The notes beneath the pieces are model-generated. The model was not told the DNA's origin, made no database searches, and was given only the letters and a program-made list of their open reading frames with translations. Shown here piece after piece: positions 38,685-53,670 of a DNA stretch of 64,000 nt. Every line of letters begins with the position of its first letter. The stretch's first letter is position 1. Source of the DNA: Octopus vulgaris. Taxonomy: Eukaryota. A program made the translations under genes and the position numbers. The stretch spans positions 67,890,001 to 67,954,000 of the forward strand of contig OX597832.1 of assembly GCA_951406725.2 (NCBI GenBank), given 5' to 3'.

Positions 38685-39075
38685 TCCTCTTATTTTTATA
38701 GCGTGCTTTCGTTGCACTACCGAGCGCAGCTCTCTGTGCCTTGGGGATGTACTGTAGTTTGTTTGATGCTCTTATAGTCACTGTATTGAAAGTGTTTTGC
38801 GTAGGATGTATGAGGTGCCTAGTTTTGCTATTTTCTGTATGTTATATATATTTGTAAGTCCTGGTGTTTTTGTTATATATTTGTCTGAATATTTTTATCA
38901 TACCTAATGCGCCTACTATGACAGGAATTGTTTCTGTTTCTAGACCCCACATTCGAGTTACCTCTATTTCCAGGTCTTTGTAGTTTGAAAATTTCTCCAG
39001 GTCTTTTAGAGAAACGTAGTCATCTGCTTGTATTGTTACATCAACTAAAAATCATTTTTTCCTTCATGATCTCTG
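38613..39075 (-). mobile_element. R4/Dong-type LINE 3' end with (TAA)n on both sides
   Basis: Minus strand: EKFSNYKDLEIEVTRMWGLETETIPVIVGALGMIK...IQKIAKLGTSYILRKTLSIQ*, a short 3' UTR, then (TAA)n at 38613-38680. Another (TAA)n lies at 39078-39137. Confidence 0.85.
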
Positions 39076-39392
39076 ACTATTATTATTATTATTATTATTA
39101 TAATTATTATTATTATTATTATTATTACTATTATTATTTCAATTTGCATTTGTTTATTTTGGAAATTACGTTTCTAAAGACGTAGTTCTTGTTTCAACTA
39201 CCACTGACCTTGGATTCCTTTCTATCAATGATTCCACAACAGTCAGCAAAATAAAAAAAAAACATATTAAAAAGAAAAAGAAAAAACTTCAGAGGAACTG
39301 AAGTATTGAACATACAAAGAAATGCATTTTGATAAAAGTACGGAAGTGAAATCTCCCTCTCTCTCCAAATATAAATACATGAATTTGCGTGC

Positions 39393-39495
<103 letters not shown>

Positions 39496-40025
39496 GAGAG
39501 GGAGAAAGGGAGAGAGTAGGCGACTATAATACTATAATTGAAAATGTTTATGATGGCGTTAATGGGATATATTGATGAAGCTGGTGACGATGAAAAGGAT
39601 GATGGTTACTACGGTGACTAGGACGATTATGATGACATAGATATTGATAATGAAGAGCGATGATTATCATGCTGGTGGTGATATAGATGATGATGATGTT
39701 GATGATAAGGAGGAGGAGAAGAAGGAAGAGAATGTTAGTGGTAGTGGTGTTGAAAGCAAAAACGAAACAAAAAAGAAATAAAATATCAAGAACTGTACTT
39801 ATTAATATTAATGAAAATTATAGTAGTAGTAGCAGGAGCAGCAGTAGTAGTAGCAGGAGTAGGTAGTTAACGATATGAAAAATTTCAATTATGTATGGAA
39901 ATCGAAACTAGAATTGATTAAATCTTATTTTACTATTCTTATTTCATGTTATATTATCTATTATCTCTTCCTGTTCCTCTTCCCTCCAACTTTCTATCTT
40001 TCACTGTTTCTCCTCTTCTCCATAA

Positions 40026-40081
<56 letters not shown>

Positions 40082-40140
40082 TATGATACATTTATACGCT
40101 GGCATACATGGATACATATGCATTTATAAATACATACATA

Positions 40141-40196
<56 letters not shown>

Positions 40197-40849
40197 CATA
40201 TGTATATTATATCGGTATGTACATGCATATATATATATATATACATGCATACATACAGATGTACATGCATATATTAACAGTACATATATACATATATATA
40301 TACGTTTCATATATATAGACACATATATACATATATATACACACGTGCATATACATTCATATCATTTGAATTTCTACCCTTCTTATTCGTTATCACTCTT
40401 ACTGTATCTGTCTCTGTAATACTCCTCCTCTAACTCTCTTTTTATCTGTCTTTCATGTTTCAATCTTAATTCTCTCACCAACAGGATAAAATTGGAAAAA
40501 GAAGTAAAGCAGATAAAATATTCATTCTGTTCTGTTGTTCCTAATTTTTCATCATTGGTTATCTTCCCTTCCACATCTCATCAATCTCCCATTCGCATCT
40601 CCCTCTACGCGCTCTAGCGTTATCTTTCTTTCCCCCGTATATTTCTATCTCAATACGGAATAACAAAATGGAGGGAGAGAAAAAAGGGCCACGGCTAGTA
40701 ATTATGCGATATGTTCAATTCATCTTTTTCATCAGATCTATACTAATATGTTTTTAATTTCCAAAAGTGAAAGGGAAAACAGAAATTATAGAACGTTAAA
40801 CCAACCTTTAATCAATCAATTTTCACTGCACTATATTAATTAAGATGAT

Positions 40850-41720
40850 ATCTACGATGGCTGCACCCTGCCCCACACTCACTATTAGGTCACCTCCACA
40901 ACTCTGCCACACCACACAGCTCAGCATATACTACGCTGCTACACAGCCATATCACTAAACTGCCTCACCAACACATCATAACTGCACTATTCAGCGCTAC
41001 ATTATCCTATACTATCGCATTGCTAGAATCCAACACCATTATAGTTTCACATGCATCTGTATCTCTCAACCACCACCACTATCTCCACCGCCACCACACA
41101 GCCTCTCATTAATTCATACCACACTTCAATATCAACACACCACCACATCCCACACATTACCACTCTACACCATACCCATACCACTAAAATCACCATCTCA
41201 CCACGCCACTCTCGAAGTACCAGATAATTTAACCCCCATCACAGTCATGACATGCTGCAATAGCACTTCACTACCACGCCACACCAGTTACTAAGCAGAT
41301 TTCCTTATGCCACCAAGTCACACAGCTTCTCCACCTCAAACATTCTTCGGCACTCACTCACCCCCAGATTTATCTAACCACATCACGATACACCTATTAG
41401 ACAATACTACATGACAAATCCCCACCCCACCATCGGGACTTAGGATGCCATGAGGCCATCACGCAATAACGTCACCATAGACGATCGCTCCTTATTACCA
41501 AGCCCCAATAATTATAATTATAAATATAATTATAATATATTATATTGTACCACCATGCTTGTTGAACCTAATCGCCACCATTGCACCTCATAGCCACACC
41601 CTCTTAACACCACAAAGCTTCACAAATTGTCAGACACCTCTATACCATCACCACGATACAACATTAGTATACCATTCACTATCACACTACACTGTCACAC
41701 ACAATAAAAGGACGCCGCAT
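40850..41720. repeat. Degenerate C/A-rich (accac/cacac) low-complexity tract
   Basis: Strong C+A skew with recurring accacac/cactac motifs and no ORF. Confidence 0.6.
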
Positions 41721-42859
41721 AAGGACTAAGTCGTTTACCCCCTTTCTTAGCTGGTAACTTTTCTTCACACCCACGGTGCAACCTTTATTCGGTGGAGCAG
41801 CCTTCTAACTGTAGCAAAGAAACTTTCTTGACACCGTCACCATTTAAAAGAACGAGTGAGGGAGATACTCGATACTGCAGTCTTTGATATGGCTATGTAT
41901 GGAACGCTTTTTCGCTTGGCTCCTTGACGTAAGCAACTGCAAACTATCACGTTACATTAATGTAGTAAAATGGAGATTTCTACTTTAAATACAAAACTTC
42001 AAATTTAAGGGATGAGTATAGCTGATTGCCTCAGGCACTAAAACTGCGCTTATTTTATCATACTTATAGCGATATATAATTGACAAGTAAAGAAATATAT
42101 ATAATTGAGAAACTACTAATATTCAGCTCTATTTTTACTGTATTTCGTATGAAATTAAATATTCTCACCCCACACCATCTTTCGCTTCCTTTCACTCTGT
42201 ACATAAAGTACAAAAAACAAAAGTGAGCGAAACTCTCCAATGACGAAAACAAGCTCCTGGATAATATATAAAACAAAAGTTTTATGAATTTTTAAATGTG
42301 TCTCCAGCCTTGATATATTTAGGCATCTACTCCGGAATAGTAATGGAAGAACCCTGCTGAATGATGCTACATACTTGTAAAATGCAAATTTGCTCCTGCA
42401 AAAGTCAAGCAGATAAACCTATTTCGCTTGTTGTTTGTTACTTCTAGACTGCACTGAACCATATCTTGACTCATCGGATTCATCATCCAGGCATAAATAT
42501 GCGATGCAGCAATTGTTTGTTAAATGCATTCATATTAGCACTTTATTTATAACCTCTCGCTTCTACGTTGAAGTATAAATGTTTCATAGCGTACGGTGAT
42601 ACCGCAAAAAGTGACAACCTGACGAGAAAGCCTCTAAATAGTAGACTAAACTGCAACAGACACGACCAAAATCTCCTTCAAATTACATATACTGACTTAA
42701 AAGACCACAAAAACGTTCTCTTAGCTTCCCTGTATAACGGGAAAAGAGAGGATGTTCACTGCTGGAACAGATTTAATCATAAGTCTGTTTAATCATTACT
42801 AAGCGGGAGCTAAAGGAAATCGATATCAGCAGTGTGTTGAATCTCCGTCCCTAATTATT

Positions 42860-44610
42860 ATTTAGTTAGTTAGTTAGTTAATTTTTTGGCTCAAAAAGCA
42901 AAAAGCAAGGCCATGTAGGGGGACATGGAGTTATGTACAGGGTGGTGTTCATGTAAAGAGTACAGGCCACTTGAAGTCAAGGGAGACTTTGAACCGAGCG
43001 GTCGTCGGCATCTTCACCATCTCGTCTGGCAGCTTATTCCACGGATCCGCAACCCGGGGGGGAGAAAGCCCCTCTCCTTCGATTGAGATGAAATCGTCGC
43101 AGATAGATCTTTTCGGAATGACCCCGCGGCCGATGCTCTGGAGCAGGAGGGAAGAACAGCTCTTTCGAGAGGTTACACTTTCCACTTATGATGTTGTGAG
43201 CAAGAATGAGATCTCCACGGCGTCGTCGTTTTTCTAGAGAATAAAAGTCGAGCGTCTTCAGTCTTTCTTCGTAAGACAAATTCTAGAGACCAAGAATCAT
43301 GCGGGTAGCCAGCTTCTGGACTCTTTCGAGATGATGTATGTCTTTGAGGAGATAAGGAGAAGAGGCTTGAATCCCGTACTCCAATATGTGTCTCACCAGC
43401 GTGACATAGAGCGGTAGGAATATGGCTGCTGTGAGCATTCCGAATGACTTGTTGGCAGCATGGACGCGTGCTTTGTTGGCAGCATGGACGCACTGGGCCG
43501 AAGGCGAAAAGGAGGAATCCACCAAGATACCCAGATCCTTTACCTGATCGGTCCTCTCCAGCAGCAGACGACCCGGCTCGAAATCAAGTTGAGTTGCAGG
43601 AGGAGAGCCAACAGGCAGATGACAGCACTTTGACACGTTCAGACACAGGTCCCATTCGTTAGACCATCTCCAAATTTGGTGGAGGCATCGACGAAGATCC
43701 TCTATATCACCGCGAGGAGTGACCAGTTTGACATCGTCGACAAATAGAAGGGTGTGTTGCGTGAGGTCGTCGGGCAAGTCATTTATGAAGACTAAGAACA
43801 ATAAGGGCCCAAGCACTGAACTTTGAGGCACGCCACTGCTCGCACTGGAGACGTTGGACCGCGAACCATTAACTTGGACTTGGAAGGAGCGATCTGAGAG
43901 GAAGGCACCAACCCATCGTACAATATCCGGATGGAAACTATATGCTTGAAGCTTGACAAGTAATAGGCGGTGGTTTACCGTGTCAAAAGCTTTGGCAAAG
44001 TCCAATAAAACGATGTCAACAGCATCACTATCATCGAGGATGCGCGTCACCAATTCTTCCATTACCAGTAAGTTGGCCAAGCATGATCTCTTCGGCACGA
44101 AGCCGTGTTGGGAATCAGAGATAGAGGCTGTGTTTTGGAGGTGGCGCATCATACTTTTCTTAAGGATGGTTTCGAACATCTTGCTGATTATTGATGTAAG
44201 GGAAACCGGTCGGTAGTTAAGCGGGTCTTCGCGGCTCCCTTTCTTGAAAATTGGGCGGATTATCGCTGTTCTCCAGTCCGCAAGTATAACACCCGTCGCC
44301 AATGACATATTGAATAGACATGTTAAGGGCTCGCAGATGACCGGAGCCAACGCTTTGATAACCCGTGGATGTATGCCGTCAGGGCCGTAACCCTTGTTGA
44401 CATCGAGGCCTTGAATAACGCGTTCGACTTCGTCCCGCGTGATGACCAATCAAAACATTGGAGGTACCGATCTATCAAATGGAGGGGGTTCACGACCATC
44501 ATCTTGTTTGAAAATAGTTGAAAAAGCCTCGGCAAATAATTGACTCTGTTGATAAGGGTCCTCAATCGATACGCCTGTTGAGTCTACCAACGTTGCAATT
44601 TCATTTAAAT
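42860..44610 (-). mobile_element. 5'-truncated CR1-clade LINE (RT domain to 3' end)
   Basis: ORF 43283-44449 has GPDGIHP, NYRPVSLTS, QHGF, LDFAKAFDTV, GVPQSSVLGPLLF and FVDD (catalytic motif altered). It continues after a frameshift as SYEERLKTLDFYSLEKRRRRGDLI. 3' (TAAC)n tail at 42862-42880. Confidence 0.93.
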
Positions 44611-45292
44611 GAAACCATTCTAATTAAAGACCGAGATGTAACCTCCTAACTTCATTGGATCTTACCAGCTGTCACGTGAACGCTGACGTCATGACGCACA
44701 GCACACATTAGTCCAGGCATGGTGAGATTTGTTTCTTCGAAAGAGATTGGAGGGAACAAAGTTTGTTAAAAATGAAAACTGGCTCCCACACGATTGGTTC
44801 TTTATTCATTGACCTTCAAATAATGAAATACAAACTTGACTTTAGTGGTATTTGAAATCTGATTGTAAAAACGAATGCTATAGGGTGGTGCACTTATGCT
44901 CGCTATATCATAGTTTCAATTCACAGACCAGGTGATGCGTTGTGTTTTTAAGCAAAACACTTCATCTCATATTGCTCTGCGATCACTTCCACATTTGACC
45001 TCTGGTATACTGTGCACCTGTCCAGGTAATGTCAATTTATATATATATATTTCTTTATTGCCCACAAGGGGCTAAACACAGAGGGGATAAACAAGGACAG
45101 ACAAACGGATTAAGTCGATTACATCGACCCCAGTGCGAAAGTGGTACTTTATTCATCGACCCCGAAAGGATGAAACGCAAAGTCGACCTCGGCGGAATTC
45201 AAACTCAGAACGTAACGGCTACGCATTTCGCCCGGTGTGCTAACGATTCTGCCAGCTCGCCGCTGAAAAAAGACGTGTCCCAGGTGAGGACA

Positions 45293-45335
<43 letters not shown>

Positions 45336-45489
45336 CACAGACACACGAACACATTTGTATGAATCTGAAAATGATCACAATAGAAGCTGTACACTATGTG
45401 GAATCTGAGAGGGCTTATTAGGCCTCATTTGGTACAAAATCCATACTACAGAGGGTAGGTTATAGCAACATCATGGGAGACTCGCCTTC

Positions 45490-45900
45490 CGAGCTTCCCA
45501 CTTAAGCTTCTCTCAGCATGACCGATACTGAGTGCTCTGTATAGCAGAGTACAAAGCAGTAAACCACCTTATGCGATCCTGGGGAAGAAGCTCCCAAATA
45601 GACTGCTCCAAGTTAAGTTGTCTTGAGAATGCCATTGTAACACTTTCTTGGTCCACCACGTGACTGAAAGGCAAGTGCAAGTTTACCATCATATCGCTTG
45701 TACCTGAAGGGATTAATGAAAATGTTACAGACACATGCTCTCTCGCAATGGCCAGTAGAATATACTATGCATCTGGATATTAACCTTAAACACAGTAACC
45801 CAGCTTTTCCAAACACTCCAAAACTCCCACAGCTTTAAAACTGAAATTCTCCTATAATTTATGACTTTCTCCTATTCTCACTTTTAAGTGTCAGACCAGT
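45490..45900 (-). mobile_element. RTE-like LINE C-terminal relic
   Basis: Fragments RGGPRKCYNGILKTT and WELLPQDRIRW resemble the RTE C-terminal RGGQxKRYKDxLK...WExLAxDRxxW motif. Confidence 0.5.
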
Positions 45901-47661
45901 TATCCCGATCTCCAACGTAGCAATTTCAATATGTAAGAGGGCGTATTAATCACTAATTTTGTTACTCCACATGAGAGATTTCACTGATACCCAAGGACAG
46001 AGGCCGAGCCAATCAAATCTCCTCCCATCAACCAAGGTTAATTCCATGAGGATTCACCAGTCAGAGCGAAATGCAGAAAAAAGAAATGGGTGTAATATAC
46101 AATTCTGAAACAATTATCTATCATATTATCGTTTTATAGATTAATTTTTAATCTACAATATGCTCATTATGAATTTAAGTGACATACTGATTCCGTGTTG
46201 AGCTTTTTATCAGTATGATCCAATTAATTCTTGTGATAGAATTAATTCTAACGATTGGAACAGAAAATTTGCAAAGAAATATATTGATACGAAAGTCAAA
46301 TATAATTTCTCTAGATAGTGATGACGGAAACACGAACCACTGTATAATGTTTTTGAAAGATTAATGTTTGATATTAAACTTTATGCCTTATCGCGGGACT
46401 GTTAAATTCAGGGGTTTTATTTAATTTAGATTTTTTTGTTTATAAAATTCAGTTTTCACCCTTAAAGCTAAACACCTTAATTTTTGAAGGATTGTAATAT
46501 TCTGTTGGTTGTTTATCGCGCCATAATCGCTTATTAAGCTGATCTAACCACCCAAAGCAGGAAATTAACACTTTGTAAACACATTTAATTCTCGTTTGGA
46601 ATTTGCACAGATGGAATGTAATCTAGTTACCTAGCATTTGTGCATAACTACGCATTTGTATCTCCGAGTGGTAAGGTGACTTCAAAGTATTTATATTAAT
46701 TCGATGAATATATTACTTGCTTGAAACGGTTGACACCTATCGCATTACAAAGACTCCTCCGTATATACTTGTAGGAAGAAGAGATAATAAAGATAATAAA
46801 AACCTGCTTTCCCTGAATGCTGTCAAACTACAATTATACTAACACCTGCAGAGAATTAGCGAATATAACTCCCAGCTATAAGATCTTAATACGTTCACAC
46901 AGCTAATCTCTGATGAGGCAGCATGGCTAATTAAAAGGAATTTCTTTGTAGCTGATAACTAGGCCAATAAATGTCATGGAAGAGAAGAATGAAATTCGAT
47001 TAATTTTTATTGCTCCCCTCACCCGGCTCTATTGCTGGTACTGATTTAAAAGAACTCGCAACAACAATTGCAACGCTAAGCAATAACAATATAAAATGCG
47101 AAGTTCCGATATTTTTAATTCCTAGAAACACCTTTATTTTGCTGCTGCTACTGATGACGATGTTGATGATGAGGAGAAGGAGAAAGACGACCATGACGTC
47201 GACGATTATGATGATTACGATGTTGATGATCTTGGGAAAATAAATTCCAAGGAAATCAAAACAAACAAAAAAAGAAAATAGCAGAAGACCGATATACTTC
47301 TAGGTGCTCTAGATTATAGTTGACGATATTGGTCCGTCTATATCAATGAGTTACCACGTTATTCTGCATGCAATGATGTTAGCGCGTTTCCGTTTTACGC
47401 ATTAGACAACTTTAACCACTGCAGAAAATCGAAATTTTTAACAATACAAAGCAATGCTAAGAAACTGCGTGGATTTTGGAGGAGGATTGCGCATGAGAGA
47501 AACAAATAGGAAACTGTAGAGGCTGCCCAAAGCTTATTGTATATACCAATTGATTATATATATATAATGTCTAAATACCTTTAATGCTTTAGACATTTCC
47601 CTACCAAAAGCACTTATTAGAAATTCAGTATATTGTATTCTCATTGAATATATTTTATTAA

Positions 47662-47720
<59 letters not shown>

Positions 47721-50599
47721 AAAGTTCTCCTCTAATTCAAATTACAGAGGGACATTTTGTGTTCATGAAATTTGTAACGAGTAATATTTTGTTCTTTGTT
47801 ATTGGCGCAGACAGCCCATGTGTTTAGAAATCTGAATTACATCGTTTCAGGTTCAGGCCCAGTGCGCTGCACCTTGGGTAGGTGTCTTCTGCTCAAGTCT
47901 CAGACCGACCGATGGATTGTTAATGAATTTCTAGGACGAAAATTCTGTGGAAAACCACCGTTTGTGTTTGTGAGTCTCTGTGTGTGTCATACCCTACACT
48001 GATTAGTAGTATGCGTTTTTTTTACATCTCTTTTATCAAGCAGTTTGGCAAAAGATCCCGATTTAATAAGTATGAGACTTTAAAAAACATCAATATTGAT
48101 TGGGATCGATTTGTTAGAGCAAAACCCTCAACGGTGATGCCCCAACAAGGGCGCAAATTAGCAAGGGAAACAAATAAAAGCTATCCATGCAGTCGTGTTC
48201 ACTGCATCACCTTTCATTTACAATTCAAACTTAGAAATATACAAGAAAACTTTTTTCTTTCTTATCCTTACGTCATTTCAAATTTTAATTAATTTAAAAA
48301 AAACAAAAAACATATTTGTTATTGTAGTCTTCCTTTCCCTCACCGATGTCTGTTTCTAAAAACGAATTAGATTTATCCATTTAATTTTAGGACATCAAGT
48401 CCAAAAACTGAAAAAAACACATCAATTTTTTTTTTTAAATACAAGTTTTCTAGGAAATTCTCATTCATTATTTTAAAAGCTTTTATCTCACAAAGAAAGT
48501 TGTAATATAGAGACTGCCTTGCTGCACAGCAAGAATATGAAGAATTTCTCTTGAGTAGAATTATTCTTAATATTTATTAGAAAATGTTTATAACATATGT
48601 TTGCAACATAATGCTTGTAACATATGCTTGAAACATATTTAGCCCTCCGGCAAAACGATAATGTTTTAGGCTATACATAGAAATCATTTTGACAAGCCAT
48701 AGACGCGGCCTCCATTATACAGATTTTAAGATATTAAATATGATTTTACATGCAGAGATATTCCATAATCCTTCTGTATGGCATTCCGAAAACTTTTGTT
48801 TATTCAAAATTTGCTACATCTGTCAGGAAAGTTTTTGTTTGAAGCCATAAACTTATAAATGACAAGTTTGTGCGAGGAATTCCTTTCCACATGAATAGAG
48901 GGTAATTTATCTTCTATACTCTATAAAGGAATTGTAGTCTTTTTACTTCCCATGTGACAGTTGTGGTGCAACCTTATCTAACCTTATATCACTACAAAAT
49001 TCAGTTTAAATATATTTGAACCAGCCACGTTTATAAACATTACGTATAATTTCATGCATCAGAATTTCATAACTGTGGTTGTTGATTAATTGAAGGTTGA
49101 TTGATTAATTGAAATTATTCCTTCCGTGATCACCCTGTATAGTAAGAGGTATTTCTAGTACAACGTTATTCTACATCATTGTTTTTATATATATATATAT
49201 ATATATATAAACCAATGAAAGTTTTGCTTTAGCTACAATTATAAAACAATGAAAGTTTGGCTATAGCTGCAATTTCTAGCAGATTAGACGACCATCTATA
49301 GCTGGCATTGATGGCGATATGTAATACGGAAACCTCAACTAAATTAACTAAACTAGCAACTTTGATATTGCGCCGAAAACAGATTTATCTTTCAACAGAT
49401 TAATGAAAGAAAAAAATTGTTCAAAAGATAAAATTTATCATTTGAGTTTTCTTCAAAAGAAAATTAATTTTAATCAAAACCGTTTATTGTTTGTCCCACC
49501 GTTCAATAACTGCAATACAAGAAAATAGATTAACATGTTCCGAGTTGTTTGTGGTGATGGTGATTGGTAATATCAGGAGAGAGCGAATCAGAAACAAGAA
49601 GAAATAAAAAGAGACGATAGATCTGATCAGAACAAAACAAAACCAGGGCTATTTTGATGTACTCTACTCAATGAATGGCGTCCATCAAAATAAACACTAT
49701 GTCGTTGAATAGTGGAGGTTTTTTCTTGTTGTATTTTTGCTTTTTTTTTTACTTTAGTTCGAGACTTTTTCATTTCGCCATTTTTCTTTATTGGCAGGAA
49801 GTTGTATACTAAACAGCAGACAGCTCGTTTGGCTCACTGCCAATAAAAACATAGGAAAATCTCGGAAAATTATTCTGAAAGAATTTTTTCTATCGAATTA
49901 ATGAATATTTGGGTTTTATCTGCAGGAATATGTCTTACTTACAATAATATATCTTTCCTATAAATATCTCTGAAGGAACACGAAACTAAGTAAATATTAT
50001 TGTTATTATTTTAAGTTTGGAAAATAAAAAATAACAGAGCCAGTAATGCATTGAATTGATTTTTGATTGATAGACGCATGCAGTATAATTCAGAAGTTTT
50101 CTTTTCAAGAGAGGAATTGGAAAGAAACAAAAACACAAATATGGAAACAAGCGAAAATCGGAGAGTGGCCGGTCATTGGAAATTACGGATTGTTTTATGC
50201 AGAATATTCATCTGGTGTGGTTATGAATATGTCCAGGTAGACAATGACTTCTATAGGAAATTTTCAGCCCTTTCTGAAAATCACCAACAACAGCATCATT
50301 ATCATTGTCGTCATAGTGTTGTTTGAAAAACAATGTGTAAAGCCCCATCCAAACAAAAAATACTGTTTCAATTTTGCTTACCACTTGTTTACTCGGCATT
50401 AGGGAAGAGTGAAAAACTTTCCAACGCAATGATGATGATGCTGATAATTTATTTCTTTATTGCCCACAGGGGTCTAAACAGAGAGGAAACAAACAGGGAC
50501 AGACAAAAGGTTTAAAACTGATACAAATAGTCACAAAATACAAAACAAAAAACTGTTTTCTCCTTTAAGGAAACTGACAAACACTAAAAAATAGGTCAA

Positions 50600-51440
50600 A
50601 GTATCTAACAACTATGAAGAAAAAGAAGAAACAGCAAAAGCTGTAAAACAACTGAAATCCAAACTAAAACTGGAACAGCAACATATGATAAAACGATAGC
50701 AAGAAAAGCCCGTAAATGGCAAATATTGGCTTAAGCTAAACAGAGATGAAATAGACAAAGCAAAATCCCAACAATGGCTGAGAAGCTCAGGACTCAAAGT
50801 AAAGACTGAAGGATTTTTAATTACAGCACAAGATCAACGCCTTCCCACCAGAAATTACCAAAAATATAATGAAAATAAATATAAATAACTACAGAAGTTT
50901 TGGTAATGGAGAAGAAGCAATAAATTATATTGTCTCTGGTTGCCCAGTCATGGCTAAGGAATATATTCACTAACACGACAGAGTTAGGACCCATATATAC
51001 TGGAAGCTATGCTAACACTGTGGAATAACAACAGAAAAGTGATGGTAGAGGTACACTCTAGAAAAGGTCACAGAAACGGAGAAATCAACTATACTCAGGG
51101 ATGTGCCAATACACACAGATAAAGAAATCAAGGACAATAGGCCGACTATAGTTGTCAGAGATCACCAAGAACAATTATTTTCTAATCGATGTATCAACAC
51201 CAACAGATGACAAGGTTTCTCTGAAAGAAACAGAGAAACTTTCAAAATACAAAGATCTGGAAATCGAGGTAGTTCGAATGTGGAGCCTAAAAACAGAAAC
51301 AAATCCTATCACAGTGTGCGCATTTGGTATGATTAAAAGACATTCAGACAAACTATACCTGGAACCTCAATACTACACAAGAAGCAGTCCTAGTGGGAAG
51401 ATCGCATATCCTACGCGAGACACTATCAGTTCAATCATAC
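50600..51440 (+). mobile_element. R4/Dong-type RLE LINE fragment (same family as 38613-39075)
   Basis: SQQWLRSSGLKVKTEGFLITAQDQRLPTRNYQ...IVSGCPVMAKEY..HDRV...WKLC...PIHTDKEIKDNRP...FLIDVSTPTDDKVSLKETEKLSKYKDLEIEVVRMWSLKTET. Confidence 0.9.
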
Positions 51441-53599
51441 AAACTAAACGTGACAATCCACAGACACAAGACACACTCTATGTATCAAATATCCAATGAA
51501 ATAAACTAATATGAGCAAGCCGGATACCCACTGCATTACACACACACTTACCCGATACAAGCAAACATTAATCCCACACAAGTTTGTACTACCACCTTAA
51601 ACAAACAAACAAACAAATAACAATACAATACCGAAAGAATTTGCACTCTCCCAACAACAACAACAAAAAAGAACACAATGCGGCATACACCCCAGTAGCA
51701 CGGAGGTGTAGTAGGTAACGCAGTAGAAACTACCAAATGTCTGAAACTACCAAATGTTGAATAATGATAATAATAAAAATATTAACGATGATGATGCTAG
51801 CCATGCTTTAACATTTTGAAGTAAGATGCTGGTTAAACAGTACTTGATTCAGGTACCTTGGTGGGATTTGAACCCAAAATGTCAAAAGTCCGAATAAATA
51901 CCGCAAAGTATTCTCTACGAAGCTCTAACGATTTTGCAAGTAAGCCACCTTTGTAATAACGGACTCTGATTTACTTTTAAGGACAATTATTTTACGGGGA
52001 AGAGGTAAGTCGATACTATATTCTCCAATACTTAGCCGCTCCGCTCCATTATTTTCTCCATCCCCAAGGAAGATATTGCAACAATGGCCTTGATGGGATG
52101 ATAAAGGTACATGTCAACCACCAAAAGACTCTTCATAACTATAAAGACTGCTTAATGGAGCTAAGACTTGCACTTTAACGCGACAAAGATTTACTCTAGA
52201 TCCAACGAGAGAGCATTTTGGCGACGGGTGGGCTACATACGAATAGAAGTGAAATCACTTTCCCATCCCGCTTACTGAACAAGAGAGTAATTAGTGATAA
52301 AAAATCATCCATTTGTGAAGGCTGTTTAGGATATTGTCCTGCTAAACCACAAACAAGTAGGAGACAAACAACTGGGATCCATTTGATGCGAAATGTAATG
52401 GCTCAGCGTGAACCGTGGGTAAAGACAAGGAACAAGAGCAGAAATGAATAACAACTTGGTCCAACTGGGGAGTGTCACAATGATCTCTCTGTGATAGAAA
52501 TGGCAACTGAATCTGTTTCACATCACTTGTTTGTGTCTTAAATTCTGGAAGTTCACTTTACATAAAACAATCTTAAATGTACCACAGAAGAAATATTAAA
52601 GTATATAAAACAAAGCACGAATAGAATAACTACGAGGCTAAAGTATTTTTACACTTTCAGTCTATTCTTTCAGCAAATGAAGAACCACACCAGAAATATT
52701 GACAACAAAGACATCGGAAGCAAATCCATCCTTACAACATAATTAAAACATACACAAGGGTCCATTTGATCGATAAAACCTCCCTGATGGTGGGACTTCA
52801 GTATGGCTGCAATCCAATGACTGAAACATGTAAAAGAGTATCACATAGAAAGTATAGCATACACAAGATATTAGATAAGAGACCAGCTGATCTCAGATAT
52901 ATTGCGAACTAGACAATAAATGATTAATTTCCAGCAGAAATACAAAGCGTAAAACTACAGCTTCAATCTACAGCTGCTCTAAGTTCCGGTTTCTTCAGCC
53001 GCAAAGTTTATTGACTTAATGTTTAAAAACCAGCCTCTAATTCAATTGTTTAGAAATTAAGAGCTCAGCTTGATGTTAGAAGTGGCCATAACTTCTGAAA
53101 GAAATTAGAGGTTTTCTTATATCTTATATGTTGAATTAACGAAAGAAAAGACAGTAATCAGTTTGAAATATCTGTCTGCAAGCATGTCCAACCTCTGCTG
53201 TTCCTTTATCTATCAGATTGTACCGATGGAGAGAATAAAAAATATATAGTTACGCCACATGTGAATTATATGGTCATTAAATGTACAGGATAGTGGGAGC
53301 AACTTCGACATGCAGTAAACAATAAGCAAAGAAATATAAAAAGAAAAAGTAACGGAAACAGTTAAGAAAGACAATAACGATAGAATGTTCTTACCTCTCG
53401 GTTTCAATCTGTGCGCACACATACACACACATAGATACATACATTTATATCTACATAAACATGTGCCTGTTCATATGTTGCTGTCTCTGTATGTCTGTGT
53501 GTGTTTATGGAAGTTTACACGCACACCCAGACACAGTCGGATGTATATCATATACATGCAAGTGTATGTGTGGATACAAATAAAAATACATCGGTACAA

Positions 53600-53670
<71 letters not shown>

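Noticed and set aside
46905-46950. CTGATGA motif as a hammerhead (also at 11381, 27006, 36166, 61458)
   Set aside because: No correctly placed stem II-GAAA-stem III-UH and stem I pairing was found.
47000-47243. ORFs with poly-L/M/R/T runs
   Set aside because: They come from degenerate trinucleotide (GAT/GCT/GAG) repeats.
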